A program made the position numbers and the translations under genes. Shown in pieces: positions 8,655-17,986 of a stretch of DNA of 64,000 nucleotides. Each line of letters starts with the position of its first letter. Position 1 is the first letter of the stretch. Under the pieces are notes generated by a model. That model saw nothing but the letters and a program-made list of their open reading frames with translations. It was not told where the DNA came from and made no database searches. The DNA lies in the IMG/VR virus record IMGVR_UViG_3300022876_000002. The stretch is one strand, 5' to 3'. This stretch comes from a virus. Lineage: Duplodnaviria > Caudoviricetes.

Positions 8655-9119
8655 TCACTTGGGCTGGTCATTAGTAAGGTAAGTTACTTGTGGCCTTGTT
8701 GGCATTATTGGCTCGGGTGGACTGGACTCCGAGATAAACCCTGTGTCCTTACGAGCACGTGTGACACCAGGTCCGTGAGCAACTCTACCCCAACTACTAG
8801 TAATGATGCTGTCAAGCCCTTTGGCGACGATAAACTGTTGCCTGGCGCTTTCTGCAAAGCCCAACCAGATGGATGCATCGATATCTGGTAGACGTGGGTC
8901 ATATACATTAGGACCAAACACCAAGACTGGCTCAGCCGATACCTCGAAGTCATACAAACAAGCATTTACTTCGGTGTGATCCCAGACCTTAGCAAATACC
9001 AAATGACATCGACTGGGTAACTGCGTAGTGCGGATACGCATGTTACCATTGGCCAAAAAGTCCGTAACTAGTTCTTGGCCAATATCCATTACCTTTTTAA
9101 TGCAAGAACCTTCATTCAT
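8655..9119 (-). CDS. Hypothetical protein (154 aa)
   Basis: ORF, ATGA overlap with the upstream gene. Confidence 0.75.
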   Translation of the reverse strand: MNEGSCIKKVMDIGQELVTDFLANGNMRIRTTQLPSRCHLVFAKVWDHTEVNACLYDFEVSAEPVLVFGPNVYDPRLPDIDASIWLGFAESARQQFIVAKGLDSIITSSWGRVAHGPGVTRARKDTGFISESSPPEPIMPTRPQVTYLTNDQPK

Positions 9120-9583
9120 TTCGTTGGCCTTTTGACTGGAGGTTTATTCCAAGCAGTAAGCGCGCGCAGGATGGACTCGTACTGTTCCAAGTACAGACCT
9201 TTACCACGGCTACCAAAGATCAAACCTTCTTTACCACATGCAGTGAACGGCTCCAGGCACTTACCAGCATTGAACCGTTTACCTTTGATATGGTAGTTGC
9301 GAGTAATGATAAACGCGTACGACGGCTTCTGAACCGTGGTTACCTGGAAGGTGAACTTATCTGGCAGCCCAGGGGACTCGAAGTAATGGCGACCACCACG
9401 GATCTCCACATTGAAGCACTGGAGCTCTTTAGCCTCTGGAGCAAAGTATCCCAGAGTAGCCAAACGTTCCCAAGCTTTAATGCGGAGTGTCTCCAGTTCA
9501 GCAGCAACCATCTCACTGTCACGTGGGCCACCAACGTTGAATGCATCAAAGCTGAAATTATTCTTGGTGAAAGTCCAGCTCAT
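9116..9583 (-). CDS. Hypothetical protein (155 aa)
   Basis: ORF coupled to the DHH gene. Confidence 0.8.
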   Translation of the reverse strand: MSWTFTKNNFSFDAFNVGGPRDSEMVAAELETLRIKAWERLATLGYFAPEAKELQCFNVEIRGGRHYFESPGLPDKFTFQVTTVQKPSYAFIITRNYHIKGKRFNAGKCLEPFTACGKEGLIFGSRGKGLYLEQYESILRALTAWNKPPVKRPTK

Positions 9584-10575
9584 CAGTTAACCCCTTCTGC
9601 ATACCGTGGAGCTTGTATCCAGTCTTTACCTATTTTAACCGGACGAGTAGATGACAGGTGTGCGTGTGAGTGGTAGAACTGTTCGTCATCCATGGGGATT
9701 CGGAAAGCAGCGCTGTTAGGATGACCGCCGCCACCGAAGCGCTTGGCGATCTCACCTACATCTACACCCGTACCTTTCTTACTGCGCAGAGAGTACTGGC
9801 GCCCGTCACGACCGTCGGTGTAAGTCATGGAGAACGGTTCGTCAATTGCCAGCAACGCACCCAGCTCATTACGGAACAGCGAGTTAGCATTGACGACCGG
9901 TACGTCGTACTCGTCAATAATGAAGCGGCGAGCTTGCTTAGACAGACCTTTAACGGTCTTGTCGATATGACGCTGGATGGCACGACCTTCTTGCACCACT
10001 TCTTCAATAGAGACTTGCATTACCCGATTGAAGTTTTCTACATTCAGTTCGTGGCTAAATGCAGCGGCAGACCAGTGCTTGGTCTCTGGGTATGCGAAGC
10101 GCCACAAATCGTAGTCTTCGGCCAGCGCAATACCCTTAGGCGGTTCGGCACCTGGGTTGAACCACATCCAGGCCAGCATAGCACCGGAATGGCGGTCATC
10201 TACCACTACCACCGGTACACCGAAATCGTCTTTAACCAGGTCCCATTGTTCATAAGCTCGTGGCCAAGAACGCCATGCAATGGGTTCCAGTGCTTTCCAG
10301 GCAGTAGCGTGGTGATCCAGTACCAAGAGCTTGCTTACTGCACCCAGGGCTTTGGTTTCCGCCAGGTTGAAAGCAAAGTCCACACAGATGACCGACTTAC
10401 CAGTCAGCAGGTTCCAGTTCTCCCCGAACATATCGGCAAAATTGTCACCGTACTGCACCGGTACTAAACTTACGTTGCCTTCGTAGGCTTTCCATACCAC
10501 CCATGCCGAGGCTAGGCCGTCCAGGCAGTTTTTGTGGTACAACACTACTACGTCATGTTGTAAATCAATGGCCAC
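9583..10575 (-). CDS. DHH/DHHA1 family phosphoesterase
   Basis: Motifs HKNCLDG, VDF, LDHH and C-terminal GGGGHPNSAAF. GTG start after AAGGA. Confidence 0.92.
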   Translation of the reverse strand: MAIDLQHDVVVLYHKNCLDGLASAWVVWKAYEGNVSLVPVQYGDNFADMFGENWNLLTGKSVICVDFAFNLAETKALGAVSKLLVLDHHATAWKALEPIAWRSWPRAYEQWDLVKDDFGVPVVVVDDRHSGAMLAWMWFNPGAEPPKGIALAEDYDLWRFAYPETKHWSAAAFSHELNVENFNRVMQVSIEEVVQEGRAIQRHIDKTVKGLSKQARRFIIDEYDVPVVNANSLFRNELGALLAIDEPFSMTYTDGRDGRQYSLRSKKGTGVDVGEIAKRFGGGGHPNSAAFRIPMDDEQFYHSHAHLSSTRPVKIGKDWIQAPRYAEGVN

Positions 10576-10585
10576 AATAAAGTCC

Positions 10586-10822
10586 TTATTCGTTATCCCG
10601 AATGATCTTTTCCTGGCGCTTAATCTCTAACCTAGCGTCAGCTTTTATTTGTTGTCGCACACGGCAATCGAAGTTGTTGTGCAGGCCTTCACAACGGGCT
10701 TTATTAGAGGCTTCTCGCCAACTGTTAAACCCTTTGTACATCCCAAACAAACAAAATACGATAATTATAAATAGTGCGATTATAAACCAGCCTGGAGGGT
10801 CGTCATCATCCCAATGAGGCAT
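10586..10822 (-). CDS. Small single-pass membrane protein (78 aa)
   Basis: WFIIALFIIIVFCLFGMY transmembrane segment. Confidence 0.75.
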   Translation of the reverse strand: MPHWDDDDPPGWFIIALFIIIVFCLFGMYKGFNSWREASNKARCEGLHNNFDCRVRQQIKADARLEIKRQEKIIRDNE

Positions 10823-10832
10823 AACCCCATCC

Positions 10833-11075
10833 TCACTCTTTATGTTCTAGGTTTTTGACACCAATAGACACAATGGTGCCGCGAGATCGCTTGATACGCT
10901 TGTAAGCACGAAGAGCAGCAGTTCGAATGCCAGTGCGCTCTTCATTGGTGTCGCCACTAACCGTTTGCAGGTGGTGACGTTTGGCAAAGAACAGGAATTC
11001 TGGCTTTACCTTGTAGTTCATTGTCTCGGCAACTACACGACGACGAAACTTGCTTAATGGGTAACGGTTTTCCAT
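10833..11075 (-). CDS. Small basic hypothetical protein (80 aa)
   Basis: ORF, R/K-rich. Confidence 0.7.
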   Translation of the reverse strand: MENRYPLSKFRRRVVAETMNYKVKPEFLFFAKRHHLQTVSGDTNEERTGIRTAALRAYKRIKRSRGTIVSIGVKNLEHKE

Positions 11076-11078
11076 AAC

Positions 11079-11378
11079 TCAGCCCTTAATAAAGAATTCG
11101 GTTTTCTCTACCACGCGAGTCGCGATATACGCGCCGGTCTCGTTAGCTTCATCGTGATAAGCGTTTTCTTCGTACACGTGCTCGACCTTGGTGATGAAAC
11201 CATTCTCGACGTATACGTAAAACTCATTCTTATCGGGCTGCGGCACAGTGATGCGCACTGGACGAGCACCTACGACACCCAGCACATGCTCCAAAGCAAA
11301 AGTGTTGATAACTTGGGATTGCTCGGCACCTTTCTCGATGAAACGCCACTCGTTATTGTGCTTGTAGAAACGATACAT
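11079..11378 (-). CDS. Hypothetical protein (99 aa)
   Basis: ORF after AAGGA. Confidence 0.75.
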   Translation of the reverse strand: MYRFYKHNNEWRFIEKGAEQSQVINTFALEHVLGVVGARPVRITVPQPDKNEFYVYVENGFITKVEHVYEENAYHDEANETGAYIATRVVEKTEFFIKG

Positions 11379-11380
11379 GA

Positions 11381-11542
11381 TTAGTCCTTGAGCTTATAAC
11401 GAGGGTTCTTGACCTGGACGCGGACAATGGTGTCGCCCTTGACACACTTCTTACCCAGGCGACGAGCAGCTTCATCAGCCCCCGGAATACCGATGTAGCT
11501 GAAGGTGTACTCGTCAATTTCCATCAGGTACTTACTTTCCAT
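11381..11542 (-). CDS. Small hypothetical protein (53 aa), absent from ORF track
   Basis: Manual translation MESKYLMEIDEYTFSYIGIPGADEAARRLGKKCVKGDTIVRVQVKNPRYKLKD. TAATG coupling to the upstream stop; fills the gap exactly. Confidence 0.7.
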   Translation of the reverse strand: MESKYLMEIDEYTFSYIGIPGADEAARRLGKKCVKGDTIVRVQVKNPRYKLKD

Positions 11543-11901
11543 TATTTCATCCCATCCATAGTAGTTGCCATACGTAGCGTTTTGATGACCAGGTCGTCGA
11601 TAAGGGTGAGCTGTTCTACTACAGCAGGTTTAGTGCCATGTAGTCCCAGGATACCTACTTCATCGACAGTGTAAATTGGTGAGCGCTCATGGGATTCCGA
11701 GTCGTAGATATAAAGCGCACCTACGAAAGACTCGGGTACCAGTGCAGTACTGCTTGCTGTCCGCGTAGGCCCCCGGCGGACAGTACGTTTGAACAGGACG
11801 GTGTAACGTCCTTCCCCTATGGTGTAAAAGCGTTGTGGCTTGCGCAGGGCACTTAATTTCTTAAGCGCCTCCGGCAGTTTATTATCGTTATGTTTCATCA
11901 T
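11542..11901 (-). CDS. Hypothetical protein (~119 aa)
   Basis: ORF track to 11931. ATG at 11901 follows AAGGA. Confidence 0.75.
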   Translation of the reverse strand: MMKHNDNKLPEALKKLSALRKPQRFYTIGEGRYTVLFKRTVRRGPTRTASSTALVPESFVGALYIYDSESHERSPIYTVDEVGILGLHGTKPAVVEQLTLIDDLVIKTLRMATTMDGMK

Positions 11902-11911
11902 CAATCCTTGA

Positions 11912-12247
11912 TTAGATGTGCTTGGGCACAAACCGGATTTTGTGGAGGGTTTCGGTGGTAGCTACCAAAGAGGTAACGTACTCACCGGTGTAATGGATTA
12001 CGTCAATGACCACAATTACTTCGGATTCTTTACCCAAATAGGCATTGATCAACTGCGGGCTTTTGACGAGTTTGTCGTAGTAGACCTGGGCGTGGCGGGT
12101 AGCGTCTTCCGTGCGGTTAAACAGGCTAGCCGCGGCCATATCAACAGCCAAGTCGATATGGGGATGTTTACGGAAGTCCAGGTAACGTTCTTGGTGCGGT
12201 TTATTCAGTGTTGTACTGCGCACACGAAGGAAGGAGAACTGCGGCAT
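11912..12247 (-). CDS. Hypothetical protein (111 aa)
   Basis: ORF in packed operon. Confidence 0.75.
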   Translation of the reverse strand: MPQFSFLRVRSTTLNKPHQERYLDFRKHPHIDLAVDMAAASLFNRTEDATRHAQVYYDKLVKSPQLINAYLGKESEVIVVIDVIHYTGEYVTSLVATTETLHKIRFVPKHI

Positions 12248-12249
12248 AC

Positions 12250-12597
12250 TTACCCCTTAATGATCATCTCGTTCATGGAGGCTTTCACGATATCGATAAG
12301 TTCCTCGATATCCTGGAGCTCGCTACGCTTGACATAAACTTCAATGCCGGTGTCGGACTTACGGATGTAGCAGATTGGACTGAACGCACGCTTGTAGTCG
12401 TAGATCAATACCATCGGCAACAAGCCAGTGCGGTTGTAAACACCCAGTACGTTGTCACGCTCATTGAACACGGTGAACGAATGACGACTGTACACCAACT
12501 CTTTATACAGCTTGTCGATAGAGTGGTAAGCGCTAGGCTCGCAACGACGATCGTTTACGAGCTGTACGTATTCTTCTGCTAGTACCAAATTATTCAT
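12250..12597 (-). CDS. Hypothetical protein (115 aa)
   Basis: ORF, ATGA overlap, GGAGGAG upstream. Confidence 0.8.
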   Translation of the reverse strand: MNNLVLAEEYVQLVNDRRCEPSAYHSIDKLYKELVYSRHSFTVFNERDNVLGVYNRTGLLPMVLIYDYKRAFSPICYIRKSDTGIEVYVKRSELQDIEELIDIVKASMNEMIIKG

Positions 12598-13298
12598 CGA
12601 TCATACTCCTCCACCGGTGTCCCGAATACATCGAGGCAACGGAAAATACCAAAGGCTTCTTTAGTCTCTGCTACCAAACGAACTGCTTCGGTAGTAGCAT
12701 CTTTAAGTGTCAGGTGACGGTAAGGTGCACGGTTAAACAGCGCTACACCGTTCTTACCCACTTTACCGATTACGTAGCGACCCAGGATATTGTTGTGGAT
12801 ATCCTTGAAGGTAGCCGATTTGGTCTGAGTCAGTTTAAAGTGGTACAGGAAGAACCCAACCCACTTGTCCTGTACCCGCTGGTTAATGTAGTTACCGTCA
12901 GCGTCTCTGGCCAAGTCCTCCTTATTGAGGGTTGGCTCTATCTCAAAGATCAGGATCTCGAATTCTTCACGAACCGAAGACCGGCGATTATCTGGATTAG
13001 CGACATGCAGACGAGCTGGGGTTTCAGTTTTAGCTTTCTTGGTTACGTTTTTGATCGGGATCAACATAACGTAGGGGTCACCAACGTTATCCGGTGGGTA
13101 GACAATTGGATCACGATCGTAGTCACGGTTATCACCGATACGTACCATCAACTGGTCAAACGCTTCGGTAATAGCCTGATGGATAGCATCGTCACCACCG
13201 CCTAGCGCAGCAGCCCGGGTATTAATCCATTCCGGAGAAATGCAACGTTGCGAGTATGACTCTTTGTGAATGAAATCGAATTGCGGGTTATCGGACAT
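12594..13298 (-). CDS. Hypothetical protein (234 aa)
   Basis: ORF directly downstream of RNase H. Confidence 0.8.
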   Translation of the reverse strand: MSDNPQFDFIHKESYSQRCISPEWINTRAAALGGGDDAIHQAITEAFDQLMVRIGDNRDYDRDPIVYPPDNVGDPYVMLIPIKNVTKKAKTETPARLHVANPDNRRSSVREEFEILIFEIEPTLNKEDLARDADGNYINQRVQDKWVGFFLYHFKLTQTKSATFKDIHNNILGRYVIGKVGKNGVALFNRAPYRHLTLKDATTEAVRLVAETKEAFGIFRCLDVFGTPVEEYDR

Positions 13299-13299
13299 T

Positions 13300-13842
13300 T
13301 CAGGAGCCTAAGCTGGCTACGTAGCCAGTGTCATCAAGTGTTGGATTTTTGGCAGCTTCGTCAGCGAGTTCGTCAGCCATTTCGTTAAACGGGTCACCGG
13401 CGTGACCAGGTACTTTGTAGAATGCTACCTTGTTAAGCTTGAGCAGTTCATCCATCACCGCCCATAGATCGGCATTCTTAACTGGTTCGCCGGTTTGAGC
13501 GGTCATCCAGTTGTTACGCACCCAGTTCTTAACCCACAGGGTACAACCGTTGATGGTGTATTGGGAGTCAGTACAGATAATGAAATGCTTACCTGGACCG
13601 AATTCTTCCAGTACCGCAATTACCCCCATCATTTCCATACGGTTGTTAGTAGTGAGGTTATAACCTTCCGACATCTTTACTACAACGTCGTTATTGATAA
13701 TTACCGCACCGTAACCACCAGGGCCTGGGTTGTTCTTACAGCCACCGTCGGTATAGCAGATATATGGGTTCTGTTTCAGCGCTTCCTTAATCTGACGATT
13801 GTCTGGTTTAGCCTTACGTTTATGAAAAAACTTAGCGGACAT
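13300..13842 (-). CDS. rnhA: Ribonuclease HI
   Basis: YTDGGCKNNPGPGG, TTNNRMEMM, TDSQY, VKNADLW and VPGHAG...NEMADELA: all catalytic residues present. Confidence 0.97.
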   Translation of the reverse strand: MSAKFFHKRKAKPDNRQIKEALKQNPYICYTDGGCKNNPGPGGYGAVIINNDVVVKMSEGYNLTTNNRMEMMGVIAVLEEFGPGKHFIICTDSQYTINGCTLWVKNWVRNNWMTAQTGEPVKNADLWAVMDELLKLNKVAFYKVPGHAGDPFNEMADELADEAAKNPTLDDTGYVASLGS

Positions 13843-13857
13843 AAATACCTCTAACTA

Positions 13858-13877
13858 GGGAGGGTGTTACCCCTCCC
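13858..13877. terminator. Short inverted repeat
   Basis: gggaggg / ccctccc between the 526-aa gene and rnhA. Confidence 0.45.
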
Positions 13878-13889
13878 CGGTATCAAGCG

Positions 13890-15470
13890 TTAGAAATAGT
13901 TCAGCATGTCAGACGCTTCACGCGATTCCAACATACGGCCGATCTCGATCGCCTGGTTAGCGGTCTTGATCACACCAATCCGCGACATGATGGAATCCAC
14001 CAGGTAGCGAATCATCGACTTGGTGATAATGTCAGTCGAGGTAGTAGGTTGCTGGTCCGGATCGTCATTATAACGATCATAGGTAGCCAGAGCCTTCTCT
14101 ACCCAGGCTTCGACGTCATCACGCAATGCGTAATCAGCCTTGAACGTACGGAGTTTGCAACGATCCATGGAGCTACCTTTTTGCAGCTCCATGGTGTCAC
14201 GATCAACCATGATCAGTTTGATCACGTTGTACGAACTACCAAACGGGTTGTCGAACGTCGAGATCCCCAGTTTGTTCAGTGCGAACAGTTCGTCGACTTC
14301 CAGGTTGCCGTCTTTCAGAGTCTGGCTAGCCAGCAACAGGTTCCGGTTACAACGGATCCAGTAGTCGGTGAGTGTAGCACCGTGCAACATGATCATGTTG
14401 TTGGAAGTGAGTTTGGCGTTGGTCAGATGCGACATGTCAATTTTTACATTGCTTGGGCATTCGACCTTGGAGTCACGGATATGCGACTGGAAGTAGCTAC
14501 CGCCCGACAGCTTACTACGAATGGCGTGGGTACGTTCCAAGTAGCATTGGTTCAGATCGTAGGAATCGTCACGACCATCGTGTTTACGACCACCCCATGG
14601 CAGATCGAGCTCCTTCTTATCTTCTTCCAGGCAGTTCACGCTGGAATCAGAGAACAAGCAAGCCCGATGGACACCACCGATCAGGGTAACCGCATTGTAA
14701 CAGGTACTGTGGGTGATGGTGGCGCCCACCATGATTACCGCACTACCCATGTCGTGGCGGATCTGACGCTTGGCGGTGACCCAAGGCATGGCCAGACGGT
14801 CGGTTTGGTCTTCCATGATCCACACTTTGGACGTAGGGTCCAGCATGTAGGTATGGATCTTGCCTTCCGACTCGAACTGGTAAACCGAGAACTCCATGTC
14901 CGGCTTGATCTCGGTCATGTGGCTACGGTAGGTGAACAGATTCTGACTAGGATCGAGACCCAGGTCGACGTCAAAGCCGGAACTGTAGTAAGGCCCAGCA
15001 TTGGCTTTCTTGCGCACGCCAGTAGCGACGGGCTTAAGCTTGATACCCATTACCCACAGACCATGGGTAGCGGCATTGAATTCGCCACGGGTATAAACCT
15101 TATCGGTTTCGATATCGGACAGCTTAGGAACATACATCCCCTTAGGCGCCTTACGATTACCAAAATGCCCCATAGGGCGCCCCAGATCTTCAAACACGGC
15201 TTTGGTTTTACCTTCTCGGGCCATGAGATCCAGAATGGCTGCACCTGTACCGTTGGCTTCTACGGTGTTATCATTCCCGTGCTCAATTAAACCAAACTTG
15301 AATGGTTTGGGACCAGCTACCTTTTCTGGTTTCTTGGCAGCCACTTGGTCGTCTTTAGTGAATACCTTCACTACCTTGGCAGTTGCCGGTGGGGACACCA
15401 CAGCGAGTTCCGGCTTCTTTCCAGGCAGTTTTTCTTTGGTCACGGTTTCAGTTTTTGCTTTATCAGTCAT
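13890..15470 (-). CDS. Hypothetical protein (526 aa) with pentapeptide-repeat-like segment
   Basis: ORF with ATGA overlap to the ligase stop. Periodic S-x-[LIV] every 5 residues in the second half. Confidence 0.85.
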   Translation of the reverse strand: MTDKAKTETVTKEKLPGKKPELAVVSPPATAKVVKVFTKDDQVAAKKPEKVAGPKPFKFGLIEHGNDNTVEANGTGAAILDLMAREGKTKAVFEDLGRPMGHFGNRKAPKGMYVPKLSDIETDKVYTRGEFNAATHGLWVMGIKLKPVATGVRKKANAGPYYSSGFDVDLGLDPSQNLFTYRSHMTEIKPDMEFSVYQFESEGKIHTYMLDPTSKVWIMEDQTDRLAMPWVTAKRQIRHDMGSAVIMVGATITHSTCYNAVTLIGGVHRACLFSDSSVNCLEEDKKELDLPWGGRKHDGRDDSYDLNQCYLERTHAIRSKLSGGSYFQSHIRDSKVECPSNVKIDMSHLTNAKLTSNNMIMLHGATLTDYWIRCNRNLLLASQTLKDGNLEVDELFALNKLGISTFDNPFGSSYNVIKLIMVDRDTMELQKGSSMDRCKLRTFKADYALRDDVEAWVEKALATYDRYNDDPDQQPTTSTDIITKSMIRYLVDSIMSRIGVIKTANQAIEIGRMLESREASDMLNYF

Positions 15471-17455
15471 TGCTGCATTTCCTTGATGGCGGTGATCAGT
15501 TGGTCAATGCTGGAAGCCTTAGATCCCTCTAGCATAGGGATACCCAGCGCGGTTGCTTTTAACACTTTACTCTTACTAGGTTTTTCTCCTTTCAGTAGGA
15601 ACTGACAGTCTTTGGTAAGGTCTTCCACGAGTTCGATCCCGTGGTTACCAAAGTACTCGATCAGTTCTTCACGGACAGGACCCAAAGACCCTGTGATAAC
15701 ACCCTTGAGGTCGCATACAGGGCCGGTATAAGGTGTGCAGTTGAGCCACTTAAGCAAATCCCTGGCATTCTCCCAAAACGCTTCTCTGCGCAATGCAGAG
15801 GTGATCTTGAGGGTCAGCCCAGGACCAAACCCAGGAACCTTACGTACCTGCTCAGGATCTTTCAGGAAGTCCAGAGCATTAGTAGTAGGTGCTCGGTCAT
15901 TACGTACGTCTTCTGGCAATGCATCAGCCAGCTTTTTAGCTCGTGTAATATCGACGCCGGGCAACCCCAATGCTTTAATCAGGATATGCCATGGCTGTCT
16001 ACGAGCCGCCTCAATACGGTCGTAGACTTTCTGACCGACATGGGACACTTTCAATATAGACACTACGTCTGATGTGTCGTTAATAATACCGAAGTCGATC
16101 AATTGACCCAGCTTAACTGGCCCCAGGTCTTCGATATCCAAACAACGTTTACCAACCAGAGCCACGCAACGCATCAGTAGCTGCGCAGGGCACTCAGAGA
16201 CGTTGTTACAGATGAGATCAGCGCTGAGCTTACTCGTACGTGTCTCTAGTACTGAACCACAGCTAGGGCACTCTGTAGGAGCTTTAAAGAGCTCCCCGTG
16301 TCCACCATCGACAACGCTATGCAGCCGAGGAATAACATCACCGTTCCGAGAAATTGAGATAATAGAGTCCGCACGGAGTTCTAGCGCCAAGAATTGATAG
16401 ATGTTGTCCAGGGAAGCGCGATCGCACATTACCCCGCCCAGTCTTACAGGTTTGTAGTTAATACATGGCACTACCCGCCCAGTCTTACCTACTTGCCAAT
16501 CCACACTAACGGGTTCGGTTTCTTTCTCCTCGTTAGGGAACTTGTAGGCAATTGCGTAGTTAGGGTATTTGTTAGTTACCCCCAGTTCGTCCCACTTAGC
16601 CAGGCTATTAATTTTCTTAACGATACCGTCTACCGGGATCTCAGGCAGGTAACGATTACGACGATAGTCATCTTCGTTGGCCTCTGGTGAGATACGGAAC
16701 CCCATGAGTCGCCACCAGAGCAGCAAGTCTTTGTACGTCTTACGACCAAACGTAGTGTCTGTCCAGTAGATACCGAAGTGCACTAACCCCTTAGCGTTCT
16801 TATCCTGGTTCTTTTCCAGCGCCCGGACAAACCCACTAGCCGCATTACGTGGTGTAGTTTTCGGTTTAGGGGCGATCTCGTTATAAGAGTCAAAGTTGTA
16901 GATGGGGAGGTAGCCCTCGCCACGTACTTCAAATGACTTGATATCTTTATTCTCTACTTTGATAATTGTAGGGATCTGTCCTTCCTGGAACATTGGTAGG
17001 GCGTGGGTAACGTCTTCACCTTCCAGGCCACTACCACGAGTAGTAATGGATTTCAGGTGCATCCAGGTGTCTGGCTGACGTTCGTAGAACAACGACAGTG
17101 CGATACCGTCCAGTTTGTACTCGTCGACGAACTCTTCGTCTGGGTGCTTATCAGTAAACGCTGTGACTTCCTCTATGGACAAAGCTTTCTTTAAGCTGAG
17201 CATTGGGTTGTCAAAGGTTACGATGTCCAACCCAGCGCCAGTCGGCTCGTGGATCGGTACTGGCTTGTTCTGGATTTCGAACAGTTCTGCTATCTCAGGG
17301 TTATTAGCCTTGAGTTCATCGAAACGCTTAACCATATCGTCGTAGACGTGGTTAGGAATCTCTGCATTGTCCTTGTTGAAATACAGATCGGCGTGGTAGA
17401 GGATCTCATTATTGAGCTCCTGCATCTCCACGAACACTGAATTCTTGTTTAACAT
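15467..17455 (-). CDS. ligA: NAD+-dependent DNA ligase
   Basis: N-terminal Ia domain (YHADLY...YD), PMLSL, EYKLDG, TRG.G..GEDVT, EVRGE, DGIVKK, AIAYKF, OB-fold VGKTG, Cys4 zinc finger CPSCG...C...C, HhH and BRCT. Confidence 0.97.
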   Translation of the reverse strand: MLNKNSVFVEMQELNNEILYHADLYFNKDNAEIPNHVYDDMVKRFDELKANNPEIAELFEIQNKPVPIHEPTGAGLDIVTFDNPMLSLKKALSIEEVTAFTDKHPDEEFVDEYKLDGIALSLFYERQPDTWMHLKSITTRGSGLEGEDVTHALPMFQEGQIPTIIKVENKDIKSFEVRGEGYLPIYNFDSYNEIAPKPKTTPRNAASGFVRALEKNQDKNAKGLVHFGIYWTDTTFGRKTYKDLLLWWRLMGFRISPEANEDDYRRNRYLPEIPVDGIVKKINSLAKWDELGVTNKYPNYAIAYKFPNEEKETEPVSVDWQVGKTGRVVPCINYKPVRLGGVMCDRASLDNIYQFLALELRADSIISISRNGDVIPRLHSVVDGGHGELFKAPTECPSCGSVLETRTSKLSADLICNNVSECPAQLLMRCVALVGKRCLDIEDLGPVKLGQLIDFGIINDTSDVVSILKVSHVGQKVYDRIEAARRQPWHILIKALGLPGVDITRAKKLADALPEDVRNDRAPTTNALDFLKDPEQVRKVPGFGPGLTLKITSALRREAFWENARDLLKWLNCTPYTGPVCDLKGVITGSLGPVREELIEYFGNHGIELVEDLTKDCQFLLKGEKPSKSKVLKATALGIPMLEGSKASSIDQLITAIKEMQQ

Positions 17456-17494
17456 AAATACCTCTGAAAAACCGTATAGCAGCTATAAGGTTAA

Positions 17495-17523
17495 ACCTAG
17501 TAGACCCATTGGGTCTACTAGGT
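17495..17523. terminator. 13-bp inverted repeat
   Basis: acctagtagaccc-att-gggtctactaggt. Confidence 0.7.
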
Positions 17524-17528
17524 ACTAA

Positions 17529-17984
17529 TCAAGCTGTATGTCTGACTGGGTGCATTTCCTTGAATAGGGCATCCAGTTTAATGAGGTCGAGTCGGTCCTG
17601 CTGACGTTTAGCCAGTGGACGTTCTACTCGATTGATACCACCTCGCTTGTGGATGAGGCAGGTCAGGACGTCGAACACCTGAATCCCGTCGAACTCATCC
17701 ACTTTGAAGTAATGATTGCGTTTACGAACCCAGAAGTACTCAAAGTCTTTCGGGTTGAACACAGTATCGACAAGCGGGTGACAAATTACTTTTTCCTGCT
17801 CTGCCAGACGAGAGAAATGTTCCTCGTCAATCCAGATGTTAATGTCGCTGGTATGTGTACGCATTCCCCGCAACATCAGATTGGCTCCCCCACCAATCAC
17901 GATGCACTCCATTGGGATGTTGTTCTTTTCGGCGAACCCCGTAACCATCAATGCTACTTCAGTGTTGCTAATGATTGGCGTCAT
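17529..17984 (-). CDS. Minimal Pol-beta-fold nucleotidyltransferase-like protein, probably catalytically degenerate
   Basis: IGGGANLMLRGMRTHTSDINIW (GG...G.R.T.DxD pattern with D-I-N). C-terminal KRQQDRLDLIKL. Confidence 0.7.
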   Translation of the reverse strand: MTPIISNTEVALMVTGFAEKNNIPMECIVIGGGANLMLRGMRTHTSDINIWIDEEHFSRLAEQEKVICHPLVDTVFNPKDFEYFWVRKRNHYFKVDEFDGIQVFDVLTCLIHKRGGINRVERPLAKRQQDRLDLIKLDALFKEMHPVRHTA

Positions 17985-17986
17985 TG

